Positions 1 through 14,355 of a DNA stretch of 64,000 bases are shown piece after piece. The notes under the pieces were generated by a model, which was given only the letters and a program-made list of their open reading frames with translations, had not been told where the DNA came from and did no database searches. Location: contig NC_092677.1 of the NCBI RefSeq assembly GCF_964355755.1, positions 13,972,101 through 14,036,100 on the forward strand, given 5' to 3'. The DNA is from Antedon mediterranea (taxonomy: Eukaryota; Animalia; Echinodermata). Each line of letters starts with the position of its first letter. The first letter of the stretch is position 1. A program made the translations under genes and the position numbers.

Positions 1-265
1 TGAATCACAAATTGTCTTTTTTTAGTTATTTGCTACAAAATGTAATCATTGTTTCAAGTGAAATTATAATATTTTCATGTTTCAAACTTCAATTATGAAT
101 TGTCATAATTTTCTAAAAATATAGAATCATATGTTAAAAAACATATACAGTATTGCTGCAGTGAAATTGCTTTGTACATGCTAAGCCGTGTACTCAACAT
201 GCCATGTTTATAATTTATGGTATGAATCCAACATTCACTGTGAATATTAAATAGGAATGGCAATT

Positions 266-521
266 AGCAGTGTTGGCCTATTAGAAATTGAAATAATTTC
301 ACTTGCAAAGTCATAAACATCAGACTAGAAAAACTCTGGAGTTTACCACAAGCAGTGTTGGCCTATTAGAAATTGAAATAATTTCACTTGCAAAGTCATA
401 AACATCAGACTAGAAAAACTCTGGAGTTTACCACAAGCAGTGTTGGTCTATTAGAAATTGAAATAATTTCACTTGCAAAGTCATAAACATCAGACTAGCA
501 AAACTCTGGAGTTTTATCACA
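266..521. repeat. Tandem repeat, 3 x 85 bp
   Basis: Unit AGCAGTGTTGGCCTATTAGAAATTG...GGAGTTTACCACA starts at 266, 351 and 436; copies nearly identical. Confidence 0.95.
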
Positions 522-1237
522 AACCAGGTTGCATACAATACGAAAATACTAAACATATGTTGAAGACCTGGTTGGTATTAATTTCAGATAAATTTTAGAC
601 TAGCAATTAGACAGAATTTTTTATTTACGGTAACACAAATATAAAATACTGTACATATTCTTATTTCAAGTGGGAATAACTCCTGATTATGGATCAATGT
701 TGCTTTCCTTGGTAAAATAATCTAATAAATTAATTTAGGTAAATTTAAGTCAATTAGCAGATGCTATAAGTAAATTAGATAAAGATTTTACGCATATTAA
801 AGTCCATGATTCACAGTGAAATCCATAAAGTAAGTTTAATAATGGATGAATATTACAGTGATGCTATTTGAAGCTATGGATGGCACCTGCAATAGTATGC
901 AAAGCAGGTGATAATTAGTAGGTCAGCACCTGTAGTATTCAAAGCATGATTCATCTTTAAGAGTTTTAATTAACCCAATATTTTTCTGAACTGTTGTACA
1001 GTACTGTATGTTAGTTATTTATTATGTTCTTCATGGGAAAATGCAGTTAAAATTTAATCATAAAAATAATTGCGTAGTAAAGAACAAACTTTTCATGTGA
1101 CCCAACCCTAGACAAGAACTCATTCTGTTTCAATGTTTGATAACAATATGCACCCTTCCATTTAACCAAATCTGATTCATGCTTTCTTGTCCTAGTTTAG
1201 AAGAAATAATTTTTGCGCTGCTCCTTTAGGCATGAGA

Positions 1238-1362
1238 ATGGAAGCATTAGGAAGCAGTTACCATGCGGTAGCTAATAGTTTACTACGGCTGAAAAAATGT
1301 GTATTGGAAACTCGGACTGGGAATGCCCACACCCTAAAGCACGTCTGGGAAAAGAGAATTTG
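1238..1362. repeat. Old dispersed repeat, copy A (copy B ~9538-9650)
   Basis: GGAAGCATTAGGAA...GCGG.AGCTA.TAGTTTAC.ACGGCT...ACTGGG.ATGC...TAAAGCA.GTCT.GG shared colinearly with 9538-9650. Confidence 0.7.
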
Positions 1363-4300
1363 TGAAAACATTTGGTGAGAAATATTGAGATGCACGATAC
1401 AGTAGTTATCGTGAGATGAGCTGTGTCAGTGTCTATAAAATATAGTTTACTTAAAAAATTAATATTTTTAATAATGCATTCTACAAGTGTAGTACCGCGA
1501 GTATATGCTTTTAGTTTCAACATTGACATTTCCAGGGTATATCAAACTATTAATTATCTTAAGAAGAAATAATGTATTTATAATCTCTTTTATTGTACAA
1601 TTTCACAACGTGTACCAGAAATAATAAGATAAATCCTATGTCGTGCTCGACCCCATTTATTTGTTTGCCCAATATTGGCACATTGCTGCGTAGGAAATCT
1701 GTATTTCCTCTACTGTATTCCAGCCAATCAGGGCAAGGGATGCTTAGTATTTGATACCGACAACTGAACGTGATGAGACCCCAGCCTTTGAATCTGTGGT
1801 AAATGACTGGTCTCCAGATACAAGTCACCTTAGCCACCTCCTTCCTATCGTAACTTAATTACATATTTTTCATACTTTGATAAAGACATCACACAAACTT
1901 GCGACAGATACAGGCGTAGCCTGGCACTGGCAGGCAATTTAATTTTTTTTTGAGTTAAATGCTTTTTAGTTTACTTTCAGCACTCATCAGGATTTTTTAA
2001 TTGAATTCATAGAATACAGTAGTTTGCTGGTTGATGAATTGGAGAATTTATAAATTAATCTTTTATAGTTTTACTACCTGTAAACTATAACTGTAATTTG
2101 GAATAGTAAGAATTGATGATATTTTTTGAATACTTTTAATACTTAATTTCCGGATTTTAGCAAGCCATGATGAAGATCTGTGAGTGTGCAAGTTCCCTCG
2201 AGGTAAGATAGTATTCCTTTTTGTTAGATTGCAGGTCATTTTTGGCTTAATGGAAGCACTCTTTGTACTTCGTGCATTTCTGCTGTGTACAGGCACGTGT
2301 CCCCTTTTTAAACTATTTTAACAAGATAATTGTTTTAAAGCTGAATGACATGTCGTACAGTATTTTGCAACCATTAAGGCATTCTAACGTTAATGGTTTC
2401 TTTTAATGACATTTTGTCAAGCTCAACATTCTTATTGAGTAGACGTTTCCAGTTTCAATTTAGCTCATAACAACTTATTATACACGTACATTAATGTGTT
2501 AATATTGTTGGCCTTAATGCCGTTTTTTCTGTGTTATTGATTAAAATCGAAAGTACTCTATCTGTAGAAACACACCAATTTAATAGGTAATTTTAACATT
2601 TTGTATTAACAAAAAAACAATCATATATATAGACAATGGTGCATTACCCGTGGATCCAAGTTCAGTCTACCCCTGTTATACTCACTACTTGATACTGTAG
2701 GCCTACTAGGATTTTGAACATAATATATTACGATTCTTAACTTGTTTATACTGTAGATGTATTGATAGGAATTCCTAAAATGCTGTAACCCGTTAATAAA
2801 GGTTTCTTTTAAAATTACATGACAACTATCTTTCATACAATTTAAAGACTACTTTAATTCTGTGTTTCACTGTTTGTCCAGTGTAGTCCGCTACTCAAGT
2901 ATAACCTGCAAGTGAGTTGATAAAAGAACCTTTCAGTAAATTAAGTGTTTGTTTAATTAAGTCCCAGTCTATTATTTCTTATATTGTTCAAAGATTGTTA
3001 CCGTATGCACTTGTTATATTGTCATTCTGTTCTCTATTAGAACTTAAACCAAGCAAAGGATTACATAGTTTAAACTTAAACAAGACAAATGCAATGTAAT
3101 ACTGTATGAATCCAAGGTTGGTTTTTATATGTTGTTAGTTAGACAAGTTTTGTCTTCAATTCACACACATGCATTATTCTTCACAGCTCATTATCCTAAA
3201 CTTACTGTCTAAAATCCCAAAGTTTAAATACTGTATGTTTTTTATTCACATCATTCTTCGGTCATGAGAAGCTCATGATCCTGACCTACTGTGTGAACAT
3301 GACTTTAACTGAAACTCTCCAAAACATCAAGGTTGGATACTGTACGTTTTATACTGTATATATTTAGAATAAAGCAACTTTTCACACTTGCTTTCATTTC
3401 CCAGAATGTACCAACATTCAGTTCTTTATAGAAATAGTTTCTCTATATTCTAACGAAAAAGTGTCATCTTTAGTTCTTTGAATTCTGTTCCACAAAATAG
3501 AATTTAATTAGTATGTAGCTTACTGTATTTCCAACAGATTTGAAATGGTTAATAGTTATTTTTAGTATTTTTATTGAGTTAAAAAATGTCTTGAAGGTGA
3601 AGAAGATCACCTATATTATCAAATCGATCAAATAAAATGTGAAAGTCAGATGTGAAGGTAGTAGTAGTATCATCAATACAAGATGTTTCCTTTTTAATCC
3701 TTTTAAATCGTTTAAACCGTTCATGGTTATTTTTCAAACAATGTGGTTATCTTGTAATCCGAAAGATGGTAAAGAACTTGAATGAAAACTAAAACTACTA
3801 TATTATTGTTCACATTATCATTCGTTATACAGTACTACATTTGCTATTATGGACATACTTTTTTTTACTGATTTACAGTAGTCCCAAAATTAGTATGAAC
3901 TTCGGCGAAAATGTAGCGGGTGCCGGGATTAATAATAAATTATATTTGTTAATTAACTTAAAATTTCAATCATAATATCATTGGTTATTAAATTCAGTTA
4001 TATTCTCCAATATATACCCATTAATGTCACATTAATGACTGACAAAATAATGAACCTGTCTCATTAATTGTACACTTTCTTTAAGGTGATATTGTCATTT
4101 CATTGGATTGTCCTATAAATTACAATGCTGATAAATAGCCTTCTGTTTAACACAGTTGGTATAGTTCCCATTACTGTAGATCTGTCCCATTAAAAGCAAG
4201 ACTATTAAAGTAAATTAATTGCCAACTATCTTGCATTAGAGTTGTCCAACCAGAAAATGATTGGTATGTCATCATTGTTTTCTCTTTGTATACCTGGTTA

Positions 4301-5820
4301 ATCAATTTGTTTCTGAACTGTTTTATTACTACAGTATTAGAATTCCTGTGGCAGCCTTCTCTTTTTAATGACTAGATAGTTGTTTTTTACCTCAAAATAT
4401 TGTGTATCCATCTTGTTAATTTGCCATTACTACATTACTATTACATTATTATTATTACTAATACAGTTTTAAACACTTTATTTACATAATCATTACTGAC
4501 ATACTTCTGTTGGCCAACTTCTACAGTACAGATTCATCACCATCACCACAAAACCACAGCCATAAAATTGAAAGTAAGATTCAAAGGATCTCATTGGCCA
4601 AAGATCTGGTGGTAGAACAAGTCTTCTGATAATGACTTAAAGCTGGAGGTCCAGTATGGACATGGTTTGTATAACTTTTGAGTAGGGGGCGTAACTCTGT
4701 TGTAATACTGGTCCATTTCGGCCACTGTTAGATGAGCATCGTTTGGTGGCAGCACAAACTAAATGACTCTAGTGCGAAATTAAGCCCACTTTACCGTAGC
4801 ACACCGGTTAGTATCCCACATTTTTAAAAAAGAAGTAAATTGGTAATATTCGATGGAAAAATGTTTTGCACTTAAAAATTAAAACTAAGAATGATTTATT
4901 GAAGATTTAGAGATTCAATTTATTATGGAAAATGATTAATGATGTAATTATTGAATAACTTTTAATTGGAAAAAGATTCAAGCATACAAAGTATTTACAA
5001 AATTATAATGGTAAATATACTGTTTGGAACTTACTTATTTCAAAATAATAGATCCCCCCCACTGAAATGGCAAACTCTGCTTGGCTTTATTCAATTTGTT
5101 TTTTACAATAACCTACAGTAATAATGTTCAAGTCTTGTTAAGTTACAATTAGATACTCTTATAATCTTCAAATGTCCATTTGCATAGTTACCACCTAGAC
5201 AGTATTCTTTATTGACTGTAAACCCCAGTGTATTTTTCTATGAAATATCAAGATCATTATATCAAATGTGGCTATTAAATTGTTCTTGGGTATATTATGT
5301 TGGACACTTGATATCAATGAGCCTTCTGACTTAACATTTGAATTTACTACTTTACTAACTCCACAATAAAGAAAATTCTTCAATTCTAGAATTTCTCTCC
5401 CACATTGTATTAATAGTTGGTCATAAATCTGGATTGTTAAACAAAGATTGTTGTTAAAACTAATGTGATGAATTTACAAAATGGCAAAACCACTCAACAA
5501 AGATAAATAAAAGTGTAATTAAATTAAGTCTGAAGAGAAATATCACAAAGAACAAATTTATCATATATTTATCATATTTTTTTATATGTTTGAAAAGAAA
5601 ACTGCATACTGCACAATTAGGAACACAGGAAAAATTGAGCTAAACCTAAAATGACTTATGTTGGTATGTTGCTTAAATAATTTATTATATAGGTTTATGA
5701 GATCATACAATTGGAATAAAATTGCAAAACAATTTAAAACAAAATGTGAACAAACTATTACTGTATCAGAATTTTTAAAATTGCAAAAAAAAAACCAAAA
5801 CAATACCATACAAAACTAAG

Positions 5821-5875
5821 TTTTATTAGGTTATATGCATGATATGCATATAACCTCTTGATTCTGTCAAAATCT

Positions 5876-5910
<35 letters not shown>

Positions 5911-8762
5911 TTCTTTCCTTAGCACTATTTGTCCGTGAATTATCTTGGCATCAGTTTCATCTATCTAAGTCAATTTTTCAGAGTATATTCCTTATGGCCA
6001 GGAATCGATGTGGTTATGTTTTCACGATGCGCAATCAAAAATTACGCGGTCTACGCGTGATTTAACGAAATCACGTTTGTAATCATATCTTCACAAACAT
6101 GAATCACTTTTAAACAAAATTTGGTACTCATAAATTTCAGGTCATATTTCATCATATGGCAATACAATTACGTGCGTAGCGCATATAACGCATGCGTACG
6201 CGCGCTTAAAAGGTTGAAAATGGTCAGAATTTATTTTCGATGAAATTAGAGTACGTTTCAGGCAATTTTAAGCGTTTAAAAAATTTCCATGAGTGCGCAG
6301 ATTTTTGCACGCGCACTGCGCGTCAAACGTTAATGCGCACTGTTTGTGTCCGATTACTGTTGTATAACCTTTCTTTAATAATATCATCATATTTTATTCA
6401 CTTTTCAACGCGAAACAGCGTTATACGAGCACGTCAAAAGTGACGGGCTACGCACGTGTAAGTTAACAAAATGGTGAAAATATGCTAAATTTTAAAATTA
6501 ATATATATCGTTAGAATGCTCGGGAACACCTATTTTTTATTTAATTTTCTTGAAGTGTATGTATCATATGTATGATTTATTATGAAATTAGAAGAACAAA
6601 AGTTGATTAAGTCATCATTAATGGCATATTAAATTTAACAAAATTAATTTCGACAATCAAACAAATTATAACATTTTCTTAGGCCAAAATAACAAACTTA
6701 ACGTTAACTTTCTTCCTTAAGAAGTTCATATATTAAAGTTAAAAGTATATAGTTTGACAGTGCATCATTTTTTTTAATTTTTAAAGATGTCATCATAGTA
6801 AAACATTATAATTCATTGCGGTATGTAATAATCTATCTGCACCAAAGTGGTTACTGCATAGTAAATACACGGAGGAATTTTTCTCCAACTTTTAGTCAGT
6901 TGTGTATGGCTCGATGGTCTGTGCTCGTGTCAATGGCATTCAAGGTACCGAGTTCGAGTCTCACCTTGGGAAACGAAATAAGATTTTTTTTTTATTATCC
7001 GTATTGTTCAAATTTATTTATGTATAGATTATACACATGATTTATAATGAAATCTAGATAAAAAGTTACTTTATGTCTTTATTATTATGTAACAACAAAT
7101 GCGGTTTATGACATTATACGCAGAGGGATCTTTGATCGGATTGTGATACCGGCTATGGTGTTCGCGTTAGCAAGGTCCTATCATATATTATAAATAATTA
7201 AAGATTCTGAGAAAATCAATCAATCAATATATCTTTTAAAAATCAATTATCTTTATTTAAATCAATGCATATAACCTATAATTCGTCATAGTGACGAATT
7301 AAATCTAGTTTATTTATTTATTTTTTTATTTATTTATTTATTTATTTATTTATTCTTTCCTTAGCACTATTTGTCCGTGAATTATCTTGGCATCAGTTTC
7401 ATCTATCTAAGTCAATTTTTCAGAGTATATTCCTTATGGCCAGGAATCGATGTGGTTATGTTTTCACGATGCGCAATCAAAAATTACGCGGTCTACGCGC
7501 GATTTAACGAAATCACGTTTGTAATCATATCTTCACAAACATGAATAACTTTTAAACAAAATTTGGTACTCATAAATTTCAGGTCATATTTCATCATATG
7601 GCAATACAATTACGTGCGTAGCGCATATAGCGCATGCGTACGCGCGCTTAAAATGTTCAAAATTGTCAGAATTTATTTTCGATGAAATTAGAGTACGTTT
7701 CAGGCAATTTTAAGCGTTTAAAAAATTGCCATGAGTGCGCAGATTTTTGCACGCGCACTGCGCGTCAAACGTTAATGCGCACTGTTTGTGTCCGATTACT
7801 GTTGTATAACCTTTCTTTAATAATATCATCATTATTTATTCACTTTTCAACGCGAAACAGCGTTATACGAGCACGTCAAAAGTGACGGGCTACGCACGTG
7901 TAAGTTAACAAAATGGTGAAAATATGCTAAATTTTAAAATTAATATATATCGTTAGAATGCTCGGGAACACCTATTTTTTATTTAATTTTCTTGAAGTGT
8001 ATGTATCATATGTATGATTTATTATGAAATTAGAAGAACAAAAGTTGATTAAGTCATCATTAATGGCATATTAAATTTAACAAAATTAATTTCGACAATC
8101 AAACAAATTATAACATTTTCTTAGGCCAAAATAACAAACTTAACGTTAACTTTCTTCCTTAAGAAGTTCATATATTAAAGTTAAAAGTATATAGTTTGAC
8201 AGTGCATCATTTTTTTTAATTTTTAAAGATGTCATCATAGTAAAACATTATAATTCATTGCGGTATGTAATAATCTATCTGCACCAAAGTGGTTACTGCA
8301 TAGTAAATACACGGAGGAATCTTTCCATAACTTTTAGTCAGTTGTGTATGGCTCGGTGGTCTTTGCTCGTGTCTATAGCATTCAAGTACCGAGATCGAGT
8401 CTCACCTTGGGAAACGAAACAAAATTAGTTTTTTTTTATTATCCGTATTGTTTGTTCAAATTTATTTCTTAGTGTATAGATTATACACATGATTTATAAT
8501 GAAATCTAGATAAAAATTAACTTATGTCTTTATTATTATGTAACAACAAATGTGGTTTATGACATTATACGCATATGGATCTTTGATCGGATTGTGATAC
8601 CGGCTATGGTGTTCGCGTTAGCAAGGTCCTATCATATATTATAAATAATTAAAGATTCTGAGAAAATCAATCAATCAATATATATTTTAAAAATCAATTA
8701 TCTTTATTTAAATCAATGCATATAACCTATAATTCGTCATAGTGACGAATTAAATCTAGTTT
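5821..8762 (+). mobile_element. Non-autonomous Helentron/Helitron2-type element (HINE/DINE-1-like), head-to-tail dimer of ~1.45 kb units
   Basis: 5' subTIR AGGTTATATGCAT (5828-5840) with adjacent inverted copy (5844-5856), then (TTTA)n microsatellite. 3' subTIR ATGCATATAACCT (7265-7277, again near 8716-8728), followed by hairpin TAATTCGTCA-tag-TGACGAATTA and terminal CTAGTT. T-rich flanks, no TSD seen. The second unit restarts at the microsatellite (~7309). Confidence 0.85.
6901..6993 (+). promoter_or_regulatory. tRNA-like type-2 Pol III cassette inside the Helentron-type element (second copy ~8343-8437)
   Basis: A-box-like TGGCTCGATGGT (6907-6918), B-box GAGTTCGAGTC (6950-6960), T-run 6984-6993. 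Copy 2 has an altered B box (GAGATCGAGTC). Confidence 0.55.
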
Positions 8763-9537
8763 AAGCTTGGTTTTCTCTATAGGACACAATGATGACTCAA
8801 CTTGGTAAAAAAATAATAATAAAAGACCATTACACCGTAGGATAGAGCTACAGTAAAACTGGCAAAATAAAAATAGATATCCTGTGTCCTAGAAAGATGT
8901 TACATGGAAATAATACAAAAACTCATCATTTTCTCTTTACCAAACTAGAACAAAATGTATAACATTATGTAATAGGACATAATATAGTATTACCATTGAT
9001 TGCTTGTAATGAAATTAGTTTCAATAAATGATGATGATTACAAATACTAATTATGTTTCATTGTTCAAGAAGAAATGCAAATAATTTGTTAATTGTGCTA
9101 ATTGTTTGAACGATCATTATTCCATTAGTCAGAGGTGTATATTAGCATGTATATCAATTGTAGTACAACTAATTGTTTTTGTTTTATATCATAAAGTACA
9201 GTACAGTATTAAATTACAGTTTCAAGACTGTAGTTTAGAATTGTGTCAGAAATAGGCAATGGATGAATACAGTACAATTTAAACTTACTGTAGCCAAATG
9301 TTATAATACCCATAACTGTAAACCTTATGCAACAAATCTCTTCTTGCCTGGTAATGCTAGTATTGACTACAATCATTATGTCACAAATATTAAAATATTA
9401 ATTATTATTTAATTTAACATCTTTTGCTAACTCCTGATTTTATGTTACAAAATATGTAACTGGTATTACAGTATTTTTCATTAAAAAAAAGTTAAATGTA
9501 TTTTTTACACCGTGCCTTTAGCCAGTTATATTCAAGT

Positions 9538-9650
9538 GTACGGAAGCATTAGGAAACTGTATCACGCGGAAGCTATAGTTTACAACGGCTAAATAAAAAA
9601 TGAGAACTGGGCATGCTTAAACGTTAAAGCATGTCTAGGAGAAGAGTCAC
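9538..9650. repeat. Old dispersed repeat, copy B (see 1238-1362)
   Basis: Colinear similarity to 1238-1362. Confidence 0.7.
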
Positions 9651-9751
9651 TAAACAATGTTTTCGTATGGTTATTGTTAAACTAAAAAAAATTGATAACT
9701 CATTCTTTTTTTGTAAGAAATATTTCTTGTTTAATTAACTTTCAACTTGTA

Positions 9752-10392
9752 ATAAGATAAGATAAGATAACTTTTATTGATCCTCAAAAAGGAAATTCAT
9801 TGCTCGTCATAATAAAAAACAAAGAAAACACAATAAATACAAATATAGCATACAGTATAACCATCAACATAAAAACATCTAAAAAAATACAAAATAATAG
9901 TATCTTCTTGACTTCCTGTTGTACTGGATGATACCGGAGGGAATAAAGAATTTGACATATCGATTTATTTTCACACTGAGGAGCTTCAATCTACCACTTG
10001 GATTAAGTTGGTCAATGATTACTTTGTGAAGAGGATGAGAGGCATCCGACTCAATGCGTTCGAAATCTTTCTGGAGGGTGTTCTAGGTGCACATCGGTAA
10101 TGGAAGGCAGTTCCAGACCAATCATTTTACCAGCCTGACGGATGAAAGTTTCAAGGCGTCCTTTATTCCCTCCGGTAACATTACCAGCCCAACAGGAAAG
10201 GCAGTACGTCCAAACACTACATATTACGGATAGAACGAAAGAACATCAAATCACCGGAGTTAAATTTAGATAAAATTCTCATACAATACAATACATTCTG
10301 GAATTTAATTTTTTGCTGATGAAGTCTATATGGTCTCCCCAACTCAGTTTATCATTGAAAACAATGCCTAGTTACTTGTACTGGTCAACAAT
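9752..10392 (-). mobile_element. 5'-truncated, decayed LINE, Rex1/Babar-like
   Basis: Minus-strand translation with stops/frameshifts: IVDQYK*LGIVFNDKLSW..DHIDFISKKLNSRMYC..CWAGNVTGGNKGRLETFIRQAGKMIG..RIESDASHPLHK..NPSGRLKLLSVKINRYVKFFIPSGI. 3' UTR has AATAAA and a (TTATC)n tail. Confidence 0.8.
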
Positions 10393-13300
10393 GAATCAGT
10401 TTACATTTGTTGTACCTACAGCACCTATGGTTTGTAGCATCACTGCATCTGTGTTAGTACTGTAGGATGTGATGATAAGAATCAAATAAGAATTTAGAAA
10501 TAAACTCAATTGTAACAAAAACTGAATGTAGTTTTATTAATACTGTAAAATTAACCATTTTCTTCTTGAGGATGAGCATTTTAAACACCATTTAATAGTA
10601 TTCTATACTACAAATACTCATCTGAATCATTGTTTTGGTATTGAATATTCCTTATAATTTGTTGAGTCACTAAATACCTAGACCATTATAATAATTAATT
10701 TCTCATTTGACAATCCACTATTAAGGATTTAGAAGATTAACCCATTTATCAATATTTTTGCGTACTGTTATACTTTTCATATGTCATCACTTTTATTATA
10801 GGCTTCACAGTACCCTCTTAAATATTACATGTGTGTACATTACAAACGCTTTCGTTATTCAATATCAATTCAAAGTTGCCGCAGATGTACACGGTAGGAT
10901 ACTTAACCTAGATATTAAACTAATTTTTGTAGGTAACCATTAACTTTTGATAGACACCTGTACAAATAAAAGGCTCATGTAAACCCTAGTTGATTAAAAC
11001 TACCCAACATTAGTTTTGTTAAACTTAGGCCTGTTGCTAAAAAGATTATTAAATTTGAGGTATCCGCAAATTTGTAAGCAATAGAGTGTAAAAAAACAGG
11101 TTTTTTAAAGGATTTTCACTGGAGTGTCGGAGAAACAAAATATGTTTGTAATGTACAGTACGTGTCTTTTTGAAAATTTAATCAGACTACTGTAGTTTCT
11201 CGTTTGCTTTGCATGATCTTTGCTAGGATATACCAAGGCAGACGACATAATTCAGACGTGTAGTATTCATTAGTTGTTATTACTGTTCTTTGAATATTGT
11301 TTATAAAACTATATTATTAGATCTCAATAGCTCTTAAGATGTTGAGACTTTGGTTTATTTCATTTGTCATGGCTAATCTATTGATTAGATCCCTCTATGG
11401 ATTACTGGCACAAGATCACATAATCAATGTAATTCCTTAATAATAATTCAGTTTGATTATCTCTATTGAACACTGGTAGAATAATATATCTTAATTGGAT
11501 GCGTTTGAAGATCTGAAGGAGAGACTGGAGTGGAAACCATTGACTGTGAAGAGGTCCTAAAGTGGAACGTCTCTAGAAAAAAGGCAATATCGGTTGCTAT
11601 GTTATCAATACATGCTAATCTACTATGACAATAACTGTATTAACAGTTAAATGAAAGAAATTAGACCATTGCTGTAACTATATCATTTCTAAATTTATAT
11701 TTTATTAATTTTCAGGTGATTTAGCTTTTGTTCTGTGTCTGTTAATTTATATTTAAGTACTTAATTATCTATAACACAATGTTTTTAGATGGTGTATGTA
11801 TACTGGTAATGTTGTACTAAAGAGAAATCTGTAGAGAAACTGAATTCAAGAGAGATACTGTACCGGTATATATAGCAGTATCTATCTATTTAATTAGACC
11901 AAATTTCTATAAATTATTATTTGATGTGTATCTAAATAATGGTTCTAAACTAACAATGTTCTGTCTACAGTATATAGCATGTACTACTACTGTATCAATA
12001 CTGACAATTTTACCTATGGTAACAGTAATTCATTTATTAACTCTTTATTGGCTATGCATGATAGTTTTAAGGAGAAAATTGTTTCCATGAATTAGTTATA
12101 ATAGCACAATATTATTAATAATATAATATGGTATTTTTATTATATTTCCTGGATAACATTGTTCATAGTTTTTTTTTTCTAAACTTATTTCTTGTCCTGA
12201 AATTATGAAATACTGTATCAACATATTACACATCTTCAAAAAACAAGTCAAAACGTCGCACACATACAATATATTCATGAATCGGTTTAACGTTTACACA
12301 CTTATTCAAATTACTTCTCCAAATTATAGACATTGCTATAGACATTTGCTATAGAAATTTGCTAAAATATTTTTTCAGAATTTTTTTTGCAAACTCTTAC
12401 TTGTACAAGTGAAATATGTGTGAATACAATTGAACAGAATAGATTAAATTAGTTTTAATACATTTTGGATGATTCACTTTGAATCTAAATAATTTACTGT
12501 GTTCTCCTACTATATACTTTAAAATTTTAAAAGCAAAATACTGTAAAGCACCTTACAGTATTATAAGGTTCGTCAAGAAGAGGTTATAAAAATATACATC
12601 AGATATTCAGCATAGAGCAAAAGTTCAGCAGACCTTTAAAAACATGTTTTTACAGTGTCTGTGTATACTAATACTTGATTTAACATTTTAAATATTCATT
12701 TTAACAATTCAAATACAAACAATTATGCAATACTCAAGTATTGTGTATTTATTATCACTAAAAGTTCAATGTCTTCATAAATATTTCTTTATCCCTAAAA
12801 AATATTCTGTCTACCGGATGCCAAATCATACACATGAACACCTTGGTATAGTAATGGTTTAATGGTAGAAGAAGCAGTGACAGTGGTCTTATGTTTCGAT
12901 TATTATATAGAACCTTCCCACTCAACTGCAGTCCAAAGTTGAAACTATAAAGTATATTTCATGACAAGCTTAACTGAACCTAGCCCGAGACATACGCCTG
13001 TCCCCTTTTGAGGGAGAAAAGTATGGTGAGGCATGCATGGGCATAGTCGCACCCCTGAGGGTGTGGCTCATAGATGATAACACTGTCTTTGAGGGGGGTT
13101 TTATTACTTTTTAGTATGTTCTCTCCTCCGTGGAATATAAAGTTTATAAACACCACTTTTATTAAAATAGTCAAATGCTAGGACTCCAATATGTCAAAAA
13201 GCAAGTATATTCAAACTGATATTGACTAGATGTTTGTTAGTACCATATTATTTTTTTTTAGTTGCGTTTCAAATTTGGTTTTACCACACTCGCAAAATGA

Positions 13301-14022
13301 CATTTTATAGATCTAGAATTTCCCCAATGGAAAATATTGCTTGATTGCTTTTCTGTATGAAAGCGAAATAACTATGCATCCGGCAATTTTCTAGATGTCG
13401 TTGTGTCTGAATTGAATTAGATGTTTTGCTAAAAGTAGGTCGGTTAGAATGACCTAGTTAAAACATTACCAGACTGAGTGGTCTGCCATATCAATTGTGT
13501 GAAATTATTTTATTAATTGATAGATACAAGTACTTAAATGATATGACATCTTCATCCATCGTTTGATAGTTTTACATATCTTTTCAAATTACATTTTGAG
13601 TGTTTCTCGCTTTTAGCATGCAGTACACGGCAAAATAAGATCCATTTCGTTAAAATTAGACAAATGTATTTAGAGAAATTTTGACAGAAGATAATACTTG
13701 GCTTTTCTTCTGTTTTCGTATTGGAGTTTTATTGGATTTTGTATGTTAAATTAAGGTGAATTCATTTTTTGTTTATATCTCACACTGAAAGCTAATTTTT
13801 CAAAAACTACTGTACAGTGGAATGCAGTAGCAATGCAAATGGTTGAGGGTTAAAAATAATAATTATGGATTGTAGAATTTCATAAGATGCTCACTTTGAA
13901 ACAATTCCAAAAGAAAAGATTCTTCAAAACCGGTCTTAGAAAAGATCGTGTTACGGCTAAAAATTGCTCTGCGGAAACCATTTTTAATGGAATGATAATC
14001 AGAAAACTACTGTATGCATGCC

Positions 14023-14170
14023 TAAAGCTTGGTTCCCACTAGGATACAACGCAGCAACACAAGTGCTACACAATGATCATCCAGATTGTTTCTTGTGATT
14101 GGTTAACTCACTTGCGTTGTGTGGACGCCTTTTGCATTGCACATCAAAGAGTGAAAAACAAGTTTTAACT
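14023..14170. mobile_element. Degenerate MITE family GGTTCCCACTAG..ACGCAAC (other copies ~27272-27300 and ~55530-55645)
   Basis: Shared terminal motif TGGTTCC(C/T)ACTAG followed by (A/G)CGCA(A/G)C; GATTGGT(T/C)AACTCA.TTGCG-like internal motif in two copies. Confidence 0.55.
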
Positions 14171-14355
14171 CTGTGCAGTGAACACGTACAGCAATTTGGG
14201 GTGCTATCGTAGCGATGTTTGTTAGTAAAAGTGAAAGTAAAATCAAAGTGTGTTTATATTATAATGTAGAGTACGATTATTTTTTTTTAAATATAAGTAC
14301 TGTGTTGTATTAAAGGTGAGCATTCTGTTGTTTGTGTTGAAAAGCAGGTACCAAG

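Noticed and set aside
266-521. CRISPR-like array (also 48267-48585 and 51498-52243)
   Set aside because: Units are contiguous with no unique spacers, there are no cas genes, and the context is eukaryotic.
1965-1995. CTGATGAG..GAAA hammerhead-like core on -
   Set aside because: Stem II is too short and no stem I complement follows.
1272-2296. Short minus-strand ORFs
   Set aside because: No recognisable domain in the frames I translated and no convincing splice structure; partly overlaps an old repeat.
6240-7885. Duplicated 67-aa ORFs (6240-6443, 7682-7885)
   Set aside because: They lie inside the repeated non-autonomous element and show no protein similarity.
12980-13140. Possible old repeat shared with ~63585-63720 (inverted)
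   Set aside because: Similarity is patchy and cannot be established by eye.
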